From positions 124,001 to 188,000 of the forward strand of contig JALDZX010000001.1 of assembly GCA_022813865.1 (NCBI GenBank): 64,000 bases of DNA. The letters run 5' to 3'. Below the pieces are notes generated by a model. That model saw nothing but the letters and a program-made list of their open reading frames with translations, was not told the origin of the DNA and searched no databases. Made by a program: the position numbers and the translations under genes. How positions within the stretch are numbered: the stretch's first letter is position 1; the number at the start of each line of letters is the position of its first letter. This document shows positions 1-11,800 of this stretch, one piece after another. The stretch is from Xylographa opegraphella (lineage: Eukaryota).

Positions 1-161
1 GAGCCGATGATGCCGGAGCCGATGATGATGTAGTCGAAGAGGGTGGTGGTGGGGAGGGAGGGGGTGGTGCGGTGCGTGGCGAGCGGGTGGGGGGGGAGTT
101 GCCAGTAGGACTGGGTGGGGTGCGGGTGCGGGAAGCCTGGGGCGTGGGCGCCGCCGCCCAT
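1..161 (-). CDS. FAD-dependent oxidoreductase (DAO/Rossmann type), N-terminal part; runs off the left edge
   Basis: ATG at 161 on the minus strand reads MGGGAHAPGFPHPHPTQSYWQLPPHPLATHRTTPSLPTTTLFDYIIIGSGIIG, with the SYW motif and a GxGxxG dinucleotide-binding motif. Not in the ORF track. Confidence 0.8.
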   Translation of the reverse strand, partial: MGGGAHAPGFPHPHPTQSYWQLPPHPLATHRTTPSLPTTTLFDYIIIGSGIIG

Positions 162-1157
162 GGTTTGTGTGGCTGGAAGGAGAGGGAGGGGGTGGGAAGT
201 AAGGTAGTGGTGGAAGTGCCAAGCGGGAGACAGCGCGGTGTGGGGGGTGGGTGGGAGCGGCGCCGAGATTTATATGTGCAACGGTCGGCGGGTAAAAAGC
301 CGGACCCGGTTTAGCTACAGCAGTATATCCAGCGTCCCCTCATCCCATACCGATAGTGGCGACACTGCGTACTAGAGTACGTATCTACGTATCTTATCTC
401 GATCGCCCAGCAAGGATACCAATCCTTCCCAACATTCTCGCCTCCCTCCATACGCGTTATCAACTTCCGTACTCTTTTACTAAGTTGTCCCATGGCAAAT
501 CGGATCCATCACACCCCGACCGAAGACCCCACAGCGACGTAATCCCCCCCCAGTCGCGACCGTGTATTCATAATTACGTATAGTAAGCAGCAAGCAGCAA
601 CGCAACGACCTCGCGAGGCCACGTAAACGGCAGCCGCCGCGTAACGACTATGCCGGCCACCCTCCACCATCCACTAGACTACCTCGCTGGTGGACTGCTG
701 TAAATGTCGGTTTTGTTGATTCCATGTCCACCTATCCTACCGGGATCCAGGGGTTAAGAGGGGATTTCGCAAGCCGTGGAAAGTAGCCATGTGTTAATTG
801 GTAGAAGCATCACTTGCTGTTCAGTACTAGCGTAGGAGGTATATGTCACGTTCTCGTGGCCTATACCGAACTTCACCGAATATACGATTACTGTTGCCCC
901 CGCNNNNNNNNNAATACACGTGCCTTTTAATAGGTTATGAGCCCGGGTTAGCCTAGGTAGCAACAAACGTTAGGTCCAGCAGAACAGGTCTTGTTACTGC
1001 TGATATTCACGCGGCCGTACCCTCGAGCGAACGAGGCAGGATAGTGAATACCTCCTAGAGATCAGCGTGACGCTCAGCAGGAATTCGAACGATTCACGCG
1101 TGCTGCAGCTGTTGAAAGGTGACCTAAAGGACTGGTCCATCTATATAGGGGGAGAAC

Positions 1158-1275
1158 GGGCAGCTCGATACCGATAGGACAACGAGCACCAGGGCAGCTT
1201 GATACCTACACGACAACAAGCAGAAAGGGCAGCTTGATACCTACAGAACAACAAGCAGAAAGGGTAGCTTGCTAC
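1158..1275. repeat. ~35-bp tandem repeat, about 3.4 copies
   Basis: Units beginning gggcagct(c/t)gatacc at 1158, 1192 and 1227, plus a partial copy at 1262. Confidence 0.85.
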
Positions 1276-1368
1276 AAACGCAATAAATTATTTTTTCTTC
1301 GACACATTCGATTCTTTTNNNNNNNNNNNNNNNNNNNNNNNNNNNNNNNNNNNNNNNNNNNNNNNNNN

Positions 1369-1830
1369 AGCGTCTATATTGCCTGCAGGCAACATAGAGG
1401 GCATTCTGCCAGGCAACGCTATTTCCAACAAAAAATAATAATTATTTAATAAAAATAAAAAAGGCTACGTTAATATACTGTTTAAATAAAACGATACAAT
1501 AATAATAAATTAATTAAATTTTTTATATTTTGTCTTAATATTTATATTCACTGTTAATACGCATTGATTATTGTGACTGTTGTATTTATTATAAATATTG
1601 TTTTTGAACGTGATTTTACGTGTCTTCTATGTGTTTTTACGTGTATATTATTTGTATTTGTATGTAATTCATAATACATGAAAAAACCTTAGGGTATCGG
1701 AGTTTTAGAAGACACCACTATACAGACATGTCGTGTAATAGGTAGGGAAAGGGAGTACCTCAGCGCATTTGCTATATATACTATATACTGCTATTATGTT
1801 AAATATGTTTTAGTACTTACTGTCTCTATA
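1369..1830. mobile_element. AT-rich degenerate repeat or TE relic (RIP-like), next to assembly gaps
   Basis: Abrupt strong AT and TpA enrichment, no ORF, adjacent to N-gaps at 904-912 and 1319-1368. Confidence 0.4.
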
Positions 1831-1903
1831 TCATACCAAAGCGTTCCCATCTCCACTCCGCGATCACCCCCGAAGCTCCACCCCGCGAACACACCCCACT
1901 TTG

Positions 1904-2677
1904 ATGTCGTTACCAACTCCTGACTCCCTAGACGAACCTGACCAGGCTCGCGGCAACCGCTCCGAACGCCAGCCTGATAAGGAGGCTCCTCAGGAACCCT
2001 CTTCTGCCGACTCATCCCCGTCGTATCCCACGGAGCCTGAAGAAGCCGACCAAGCTCGCGGTAACCGCTCTCGGAGACAGGCTCACCAAAAATCCTCTTC
2101 CACGGGATCATTTTCGTCGCCGCCCTTTGATTCCGACGAAACCGACCAGGCTCGTGGTAACCGCTCCGGCACCCAATTCCGGCGAGTACGCCCCGGCAAA
2201 CAAGAATATACCGCTTCGCCCATACCTCCCGTCTCTCCGCTCAGGAAAGAAAGAACAGTACTCACATCCGAGCCCATCTCCTCACCTCTTTCTGCCTACG
2301 CCCAGCATTCTACCTCTCTATCCTCATCAAGTTCTGAGTCTCCCTCCACACACCAGTTGCCATTGGGAAGTACTCAACCCATCGAGTTCTCCACAAGTGG
2401 CCACACTACGTACGAGATTCCTTTAAGGCCGAAAAAGGTGGATCCTGGGGATAATGTAGGGACGGTGGAAGCCGGGGAGAAAGGTGGTGGGATGGGGCAG
2501 GAGGGATTGAAGTTGAGGCTTGAGCTGAATCTAGACATGGACATTGAGTTGAAGGCGAGCATACATGGAGATATAGTGCTTGCCGTGCTGTGAGTTCTCT
2601 TTCCTCAGATGCTGATGAGAGTGCATGAGAAGCCGTGGGACAGAACGCTGATCGTTTCGGCTCCACTTAGCTCATGA
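1904..2677 (+). CDS. Hydrophilic repeat protein with a C-terminal LKLRLELNLDMDIELKASIHGDIVLAVL motif (fungal family of unknown function)
   Basis: ORF 1901-2593 with three DQARGNRS repeats. A predicted terminal intron (gtgagt ~2590 to ttag 2670) gives ...AVLS*. Confidence 0.7.
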
Positions 2678-3223
2678 GTCAAAGACAGCAGCGCATTGAA
2701 AGGAAACGATCATGAAATACTACTTTTAGCGTGAGGAGTTGGACACGAGAATACCGATGAAGGGGTAAGGCAGGCTTTGGTTTTTGAGCTTAATGACATT
2801 GGTTATGGGGAGCCTGGAGTTGGAGTTCTACGACCTCTGGGGCTCAAGCGTTCATAAAGCCTCCGAGGCAAGGCCGATATTGGATAGTGACTTAGCCTTT
2901 ATAAAGTTTGATCACGAAGGAGCCTCAAAAGCACCTGTGGACACCAAAATTATGTCCGCCAATTTTTCGTCGGCAGGAGTGGTCTCCTGTTTGGGGGCGG
3001 TGACACAAGTGCTGTCTCAATACCAGAAGCTTAGCTGTTTCCACAACAGCAGCAATACCGAATAGCAATATTGCAAGCGGATGCATACATGATCTTCCAT
3101 CCTTGGCAATATCATGATTCGACTAGAAGCATCCAAAATTAGCCCGAAGTTCCAGTACTGATGCACATGGTCTCCCGATAGCTCTCGATGGTTCGTCTTT
3201 TGTCTTTCTTGAATACACCCTTC

Positions 3224-3823
3224 CTAGGTTGACGCTCGCATTCCGCGCCTGCCTTCAAGCCATGTCATAACCAGATTCACCATACCACATAGATATTCTC
3301 TCGCGAAGATCAACACATCGGTACAAGACTCATATGGGTAGCCGAGCGGGATATCATCTGTGTTCTCGTCCTCATCTTCATACTCCTTCAGCTTAGAATG
3401 ACTTGGTTCTCTGTGTAAGGACTGTGCTGTAGGCAAGCAGTTGGAGCCAGACACCCTGCTGTTCTGGCCGAGGTTGCTTTCGGGGGAGACTGACGTATGA
3501 ACAGGACGGCCTCGCTCTTGGGCGTATCGACAGGTTTGGATAGCTTGGGCCTGCGCATGATGGCCACGACTTGGAGAAGGAATGGGAATTCTCAAATATC
3601 GCGGCAGATCATTCGGTCGATGGACTTGGGAGGTTGAGACTGTGGCTAGAGGCGTGATTTCGCGGATCGCTGAAGTGAAGACTGGCTTTGGTACTATCGA
3701 CAGACTTGATGAGGAAGCTTTTGGGGGCGACTTGGGTGATATCGGCCGACGAGATAGTTCAGTCGCTTCGGACAACCAGGTATTAGTGGACACCTCTAGC
3801 ATTTTGTCCGATGTGATCGTCAC
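3224..3823 (-). CDS. Hypothetical Ser/Pro-rich protein
   Basis: 199-codon ORF with no recognisable domain; start uncertain. Confidence 0.35.
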   Translation of the reverse strand: MTITSDKMLEVSTNTWLSEATELSRRPISPKSPPKASSSSLSIVPKPVFTSAIREITPLATVSTSQVHRPNDLPRYLRIPIPSPSRGHHAQAQAIQTCRYAQERGRPVHTSVSPESNLGQNSRVSGSNCLPTAQSLHREPSHSKLKEYEDEDENTDDIPLGYPYESCTDVLIFAREYLCGMVNLVMTWLEGRRGMRAST

Positions 3824-5140
3824 GGGTTAGGGGCAAGTTGTGGTTTCGACTGTATAGATGAGTGTCCAAATGAGATGTACAATAGAGCAGAACTTGCACG
3901 ATTAAATGTATAACGAAGGGTATCGACACGATGATAGAAACAACTTAAGAGGTTGATGAGTGAAATCAGATTGCGTAGGTGGAGCTCAAGCGTACGTTGT
4001 GACTGATGTGAAGTACTATGGTCGGACCGCAAAGCGAACCTGGCCGGCGTCGTCATATCAGATAATGAGCGCGCTGTAGGTGGTAGAATTGTGTATAGGA
4101 GATTTCCCGTTGGGGCTTAATTGGAGTTAATGTATACAAATCGGTTGCAACCATAAAACCAACGTTGCAATGAATATATCTACCATGGCAGAGCTCAAAT
4201 ATGATGGCTGCCATAAGTTCCATCATTTTCGAAATCATTTTTCACCACCAGTTGTTTGGGCCTCTTAGGTTTGTAAAATGGAATTACCTTGAACGCTACT
4301 ATCAAAATGCTCGACCTCAAGAAAAACAGCTTGAAGGGCATACCAGCAGACCCGAATTTCTGATACGCCCAAACATTGAAAAAGTACGAGAGTTATAAAG
4401 CTCTTCACCAAAAAAGAGTAAGGGTTAACAAATGCATCTGTCTCAAAGTCGAGTTTCTGATTCCGTTCGGCCGTACTTTAAGGGGGTAGTGGAGGTAAAT
4501 CTTTGCCAGCACGAATATGAGAACCATACTTGTCGAATTATTACATTTTCGAATTATAATAAGAATGGATAAAATTATTAGCTCTCCCATGTGAAGCAGT
4601 AGGTCGATAGTGCAAGGTCAAGTGCGTCGAGGTGATGACTCTGCAAGCGTGCTTGAAAGACTTTCGTGAAGCTCAAATCCGCAGGATGACGATCCTTCTT
4701 TCAATGTTTCGAAGACTGCCCCTAGCGAATCACAGCGTAGCGACACCGCACGATCATTGATTGTTCGCGAAAAGGATGAGGACCTTCCCTTGTACGAATG
4801 CATAATACACAACATCTTCAAGTCTCGTTAGATTGTTAGCTCAAGCTGCGATTTTACTACCTCGTGAGCAGGAGATCCATGGTTGCGTTGATCACATGCG
4901 TGGCTCGTCTGCTTTAGTCCCCATAGATAGAGTCCGTGGTGATCATCCACTGTGATTCATGATACAGCCAAAGTGTCGCCAGTAAGCGTGGAAAGTGGCG
5001 GGCGTCTTGGATACTTTGGGGACCCTATCGAGCTCAAGACACTCGCTCATCACGGCTCAGCGCCTGCTGTTGACGATCTCTATCGCAGACATTGGCTCAA
5101 GTCGAAGAGCAAGCTCCGTGAGCTTTATGAACGACAAGCC

Positions 5141-7977
5141 ATGAAGTTCTCGCACAGTGTACAGTTTAATGCTGTTCCAGACTGGAGTAGTCATTATATA
5201 TCGTACAGCAACCTGAAAAAGCTGTAAGTGCCCTTAGCTTCCTCACACGGTATCTTGTCCTTTCTCGTCTATGAACATAAGCCAGAACTGATCCGTGCTG
5301 CTTTAGAATATATACATGTGAAAAAGCTGTCAATCATCTTCCTACCGCTCCACACGATGCGGAAGCATCCCCTCTTCTCGAAGGAGATAACGACCCGGAT
5401 CCTGTTTTCAAACGAGCCCTGGATACAGAGCTTGAGAAGATATGCTCCTTCTATCAACTGAAGGAATTGGAAATATATGGTGAGGTTGGGGCACTCCTGA
5501 AAGAAGAAGAGTCATTTGTGGTTGAGGCAGACGGCATGGAACACGAGCAGACCGATGGGCCACATGGAAGTCGAGGAATGACTAAAAGTAGTAGGGCACG
5601 TCAGAGTAGCATATTTCGAAGTTTTGGATACGGGCGTCCACGTCGGCCTAGTAATATGAGCGCCTCTCTGGGCGATCTGGACGAGGATGGGGATAGTGAT
5701 GACGACGTTGACGAAACGGCAGCTCTCAACGGGCGGCCGCCGAAAGATAGGAGAAAAGCACATGATGCTGCTTCTAAGCACAGCACAGATGACATGAGAA
5801 GCTCAAGAGAACTATCAAATCAAAAGCGAAGGCCCAGCCAAGCATTTGAGGATTATAGTGAGACGGCTCTCTCGGCCCTATATGACTCTGGCATTACGTT
5901 GAAGAAGCGGACGATTAGTCTCTATGTCTCTCTTTGCGAGCTGAAATCATTCATTCAGCTCAACAAGACAGGCTTTTCCAAGGCGTTGAAGAAATACGAC
6001 AAGATTTTGAATAAAAACTTAAGGAGCCGGTACATGGAGGAGAGTGTCAATACAGCTTATCCATTCAGGCCGTCTACCATGCAGCATCTAGACGAGAATG
6101 TCACGAATATTGAGGAGGCTTATGCTGATATAGCGACTAAGGGAGATATATCTGCAGCAAAACGAGAACTACGCCTACACCTCCGTGAGCATGTGGTTTG
6201 GGAGAGGAATACCGTGTGGAGAGAAATGATTGGAATCGAGAGAAAAGCTCAAGCGGCGAATATGGGATTGAGGAGAACTCTCCTTGGGCCTGACAACGAT
6301 CCTTCCAAAGCGCAGCTCCAAGGCGATGAACCCGATGAACTGGGGACGAAAGAGTTACATACGCCGCTTGGGCGACTTTCCTGCCCAAGATGGCTATTCA
6401 GCTCAACTTTCTTCACTCTAGTACTAATACTGATCATTTTCATTATACTTCTTGAGGTTCCAATTATGATAAAACAAGAACAGCAAAACTGCTTAGCTAT
6501 GCTAGTCTTCGTGAGCTTACTGTGGGCAACAGAGGTAGCTTACCTGTTCTCGGTACGTTTAAGATGGCTGACAGGTATCAGGTCATACCCTTATTCGTCA
6601 CTTCTTTGCTTGTCCCATTTCTAGTGGTTGTTCTTCAAATTGTTCGATCTGATGAAGGGCCACATCATCGACTAGAAGCAAAGGAGGCGACTAAATACAT
6701 ATTTGCCGCAATGTGGACACCAGTCATAATGCTACTCTTAGGGGGATTCACTATTGCTGCTGCGTTATCCAAGTATCAAATTGCCAAGCTTATGGCTACA
6801 TTCGTTCTTAGTAAAGCTGGCACAAGACCGCGGACTGTGCTACTCACGAACATGTTCGTCGCTATGATCGCTAGCATGTGGATAAGTAATGTTGCAGCAC
6901 CAGTACTTTGTTTCTCGATCATTCAGGTAAGCATTTCCCAGATCTTCCGCTAGTTTGTCCATTTACAAATGAATGTTCGCAAGCTGATACAGCGACGAAG
7001 CCACTGCTCCGAAACCTTCCTTCTGACTCGCGCTTCTCGAAGGCATTGATACTTGGTATTGCTCTGGCTGCTAACATTGGAGGTGCCGCCTCACCTATTG
7101 CTTCTCCACAGAATATCATTGCTCTCCAGAATATGGATCCTGTACCCAGCTGGTTGGTCTGGTTTGGTGTCGCACTTCCTGTTTGTATCATTTCAATTAT
7201 ATTAATATGGCTTCTCCTCCTTTTTACTTTTAATCCCGGCAAAGGTACTACTATCGCAGCCATTCGTCCTGTGAAAGATCGTTTCACTGGCGTACAATGG
7301 TTTATTAGTATTGTCACTATCAGCACGATAGCACTATGGTGCGTTACCCATCAATTAGAAGGCCTACTTGGTGATATGGGCGTTGTCGCGATCATACCGA
7401 TGGTGCTCTTCTTCGGGACCGGTATCCTTACCAAGGAAGACTTTAACAATTTCCTTTGGACGATCATAATTCTTGCTGCGGGGGGCCTTGCGCTTGGAAA
7501 GGCAGTCGCCTCGTCCGGCCTCCTACACACCATTGCCAACCGTATCACGGATGGAGTGGAAGGTATGAGTCTATATGGTATACTCGTAGTGTTCGCGGCC
7601 TTGATCCTTGTTGTTGCCACCTTTATCAGTCACACTGTGGCTGCTTTGATCATTCTGCCACTCGTCCAGCAAGTCGGTGCTGGTATGACAGACCCTCACC
7701 CGAATCTCCTGGTCATGGGTAGTGCCTTGATGTGCAGTGCTGCGATGGGTCTGCCTACCTCAGGATTTCCCAACATGAGTAAGTGCTTCCATTCAATTGT
7801 ATCCCTATGACATAAAGCTGACACTCTGAAGCTGCAATCATGATGGAGGACTCGCAAACCGGTCAACGATATCTCCGGGTAAAACACTTCATATCTCGTG
7901 GTGTTCCGAGTAGTATTATGACTTTTACTGTTGTAATCACGGTGGGCTATGGACTGATGCTAGCGGTTGGGCTTTGA
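5141..7977 (+). CDS. PHO91: SPX-domain low-affinity phosphate transporter (Pho87/Pho90/Pho91 family), multi-exon
   Basis: Starts MKFSHSVQFNAVPDWSSHYISYSNLKKL. SPX motif LKSFIQLNKTGFSKALKKYDK, REHVVWERNTVWREMIGIERK, and DASS/CitMHS membrane motifs (SPIASPQN, MGLPTSGFPN). GT-AG introns join the ORF pieces. The paralog name is approximate. Confidence 0.93.
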
Positions 7978-8891
7978 TCGAAGTTGAATGTGGACTGCTG
8001 GATGCTGATCGTCTAATCTTCGACCATTTTTAGTGAACACGTTCTGTGCGAGGTATCTCGACATCGGTCACATAAGACCTTCCGAATGATTCGTGCAGTA
8101 GAGGTAGTGGCTGTTGAATCTTCTTGCTTTCAAGGAAGGCTCCGAAACCGCTGTCGCCTCACAACTGCATTGTTGTTATATGGGAGCCGTAACATTGTCT
8201 CTGGTGACTTTGCATTACTTTTCTGGATTATGTTCGTCAACTTCGAGTTGTTCTGTTTGGTATGCGCGACAGCGACACATTGTAGGCGCGCATCAGCAGA
8301 GGCTTATGCATGCTGCGGATTGAACAGCGTCGCATACCAGTCTGCTAACATAAGCCGCCCGTTGACGAATGACCTACCGTAGTCGTCGATCTTCAACATG
8401 AGCTGTCTTTTATTTGACGAGTCTGCAACAATTGCGGCATTGGCATTTGTCTGCGTCCAATGCGGCATTTCGCGCTTAATACTGCTTCGACAATGAAACA
8501 CCATCGTGTCTCGATGATGAGCCGCGTTACATATCGAAGCGCACATACTGAATGGTTCCACCTTGATTCCCCGTCTCGGATATGCTCTCTAGTCATGCAT
8601 TGCGCATCGACAAGAATACGACTGTGAGACGTAAGAGTTGGAACTGGTTCGCATACTTGCGGACGTGATGTATATGGGACACGTGTGCGAATCCAAAATT
8701 CCAATTCAAACGTAATCAACGTTTCAACAAGAATCTATTTGTATATACTCTCAGGTATGACCGTGGTTTTCCATATCTTGTATCTGCTCACTTTTCTTGA
8801 GCCGAGTGCCTCAGCAACTCTATTCGGGCATCTATTACGCTCTACTGTATCACCTTGAATATTCGTATTTCCCTTTTTGATAAATGCTGCA

Positions 8892-11800
8892 ATGAAGCTC
8901 TCTGTCACTCTCGCTAGTCTGGCCTACCTTACTCCTACTATTGTTCAAGCATTTCCTTATTCTTACGAAGATGGAACCCTTGATGTGCGAGCCGCTCCGG
9001 AAGCACTCCACCATCAGTTGACAAGACATCATGATGCCGAACCAATCGAAGAATCGCCTGACGAAAATCGGCCACATCTCATTTATGGAAAAGCACGCCG
9101 TGATTCAGAATTTACCCACGAGACACCTCATGATAATTTGAATGCTCACGGTGAAGAGCTCTTGATGGAGAGACATGCATATCCAATAGTGAACCCAGAG
9201 GCAAATACTTGGCCTCGTTATCGACACCAGGGCGAGTCTTCCAAATTACAACAGGCACAAAAGCAAGGCAAATCCCGACAGACGTACCAAAGCAACCACC
9301 ACTCGTCACAATACAACCACGAAAGCCAGGGGGCTAATTCTTACGTACCTGGAGCCAAAGATCTCCACGAACAGTCCCTGGAAAGCACTTCTCCCGTTCA
9401 TGAAGAGAAAGATACTGCTAAGGCCAAGGACCTGGTAATTCCTGTTCGTCCCGCTCAAAATGACGAGAGAGTTCCCGCAAAACCGGGCCATGCAGAACGA
9501 GATATCAATGGCGCAGGCAATCAAGAAGATGTAGGGAAGGTAGCACACGAAACTAGTCCCCCAAAGGCAAAAGCAACACACTTTATCAAGGGCGAGAAAG
9601 ACAAAACAAAACCACGTAATCCAGACTTTGATGCAAACCTAGACAAGGTTGCGGCAGTTCAAGGAAAAGTTCCTGTCAAGCCAGCAGGACCGGTCATAGG
9701 ACCAGCAGGACCAGTAATAAAGCAGCAACACGAAGCTAGAGATGTTCAAAACGCAAACCCTCACCCAGCTCACCCAAATCACTCAACTCATTCAACTCAC
9801 TCTCACAAACATACCACCGTCCATGAAGCGCACCACGCCAAAGCAACACATTTTGTACATGGCGAGAAAAATGCGGCTAAACCCCAGAACCCACAATTTC
9901 GTTCGAAATTACATGAGGTCGCTGCAAAACAGGGAAGACTCGATGTAAAGCCAACTGGCCCGCCTGTAAAGCCACCGGGGGGACTGAAGCACGCTCGAGA
10001 AGCTCGGGACGTCACACCAACTACTGCCCATATAGACAATCATGCTTCCATGGGCACCGGAATTCCACTAGCTTCCAAATCTGCTATACAAGAGAAAGTG
10101 GCAAAGGTCCTTGAGAATGAATTTCCACAATATTCAGCAAAGATCGTACAACATCTGAAGGACCTCCAGGCTCACGAAGGGCATATAATGACGAAGAGAG
10201 AAGCAGAGCCATTGGCACAAGTGAGCCCTACGTCAACTGTATCTGGGCATCACACGCGTGCTCATTTGCCTGCGGCTTCGCGAGTTATCCTAGAAGACAA
10301 GGTAGCTGGTGTTCTCGAGCACAACTACCCTCAATATTCCGGGAAGATCGAACAACATTTGAAAGAGCTTCAAGCACATCACCATCAGAATCAAGTCAAG
10401 CAGCAAAGTACGAGATCTACTGAAGATCATGGTAAGAGAGCACCTGGAGCAGAATTTGTGGGTTCGTCCGAGGATGAGCACGTTCAAAGGAGAGAAGTTG
10501 TGGAGCGGCATCCAGAACCAACGACACCTGCAGAACTAAAGGATCAGCAACAGTCGTCAGGCCAATCTGAGGGTCGAAGATATGCCGCTCATTTAAAGAA
10601 TCAGGCTGTCTTACCAGCGGCCTCGAGGTCTGTTTTGAATGAAGAAATCGCTTCAATCCTCGAGGAAGAATATCCACAGTACTCCTCAAAGATTGCTGCG
10701 CATATGAAAGCATACAAGGCGAAGCATGCAGGAGCGCCCGACGCATATGAAACAGGGAAACATGGTCTTCAGCAACAAGCTACAACGGCCCAGGACGTGT
10801 TTAAGCCGTCTATCACTGGCCTAGCAAAGCGGAAGGTTGAGAACGTCATGGACGAGGATGGTGCTCTTTCTCATGGCTGGGAGACAAGCAAGACATCATA
10901 CTCACATCTGAAGGGTACTGGCGTTTCACACGGGGCATACCCCAATCCAACGTGGCACAGTCTCTATGAAGAATACGACCTCGGTGGAGATCACGAACCG
11001 GAGCCTCCGGCAAAAAATCCGGCTAATGAGCTCTCCGAATGGGAGCAATATCTTCTCAACGCCACACTCCACCATCAGTTGTTTGCTCCCTTAGCTGACG
11101 GCGCCGCCCACCCGGGAGGTGCCGTGCCCGCGCAAGCAGCCGCTCCTCATGTAGGTGCCGCACCCCCGCAAGCTGCAGCACCCCCACAAGCTGCCGCCCC
11201 CAGGGCAGGTACAGCACCTCAAGGTGAAGCAGCCCCACCGCAAGCTGCAGCCCCCGGAGCAGGTACCGCACCTCATGGAGCTGCAGCCGCAAACCCCTTG
11301 AATGCCAGGAACGTTGAAGCGCGCGGAATGTCATCTAGTATCAACTCCCCAACCACAACTAAGTCTCACGACTTCGGATACTTTGGCTACAGTCATGCTC
11401 CTGCAATTCCCGTGCCTGAAGAGGTCATGTTGAAACAAGCCTTGCCACTCCAGAGACTCGCTCATGAAGTATTACAAGGCACTGCCACTGTATCTGGCGG
11501 ATATCATATGGCTTCTGCATCAGGTATTGTTATTTCTGCGCTGGAAAAGGAGCTTCCCGTTGGACCTGACGGAAAGATGGAAAACATGTTGGACCTAGAT
11601 GTCTCCATGCCAGCAGCTGCCATTCATGGACCCGAGAATGGGAGACCATTTAGACCAGGAGTTATGCGGCCATACGTCAGACCAGATGCAGAAATGCCCA
11701 ATATACCTTATCCCGGAGAGCAAACAGGACGATCTGGTGCGCCAGGCTGGCTGTCAGAACTGGTGGCTGAGGATAGGGCTGTCGTGAGCAGTATGGAACC

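Noticed and set aside
1158..1275. CRISPR-like array
   Set aside because: Whole units repeat with no unique spacers, there are no cas genes, and the context is eukaryotic.
4190..4600. AT-richer intergenic patch as a transposon end
   Set aside because: No TIR pair, TSD or coding remnant could be identified.
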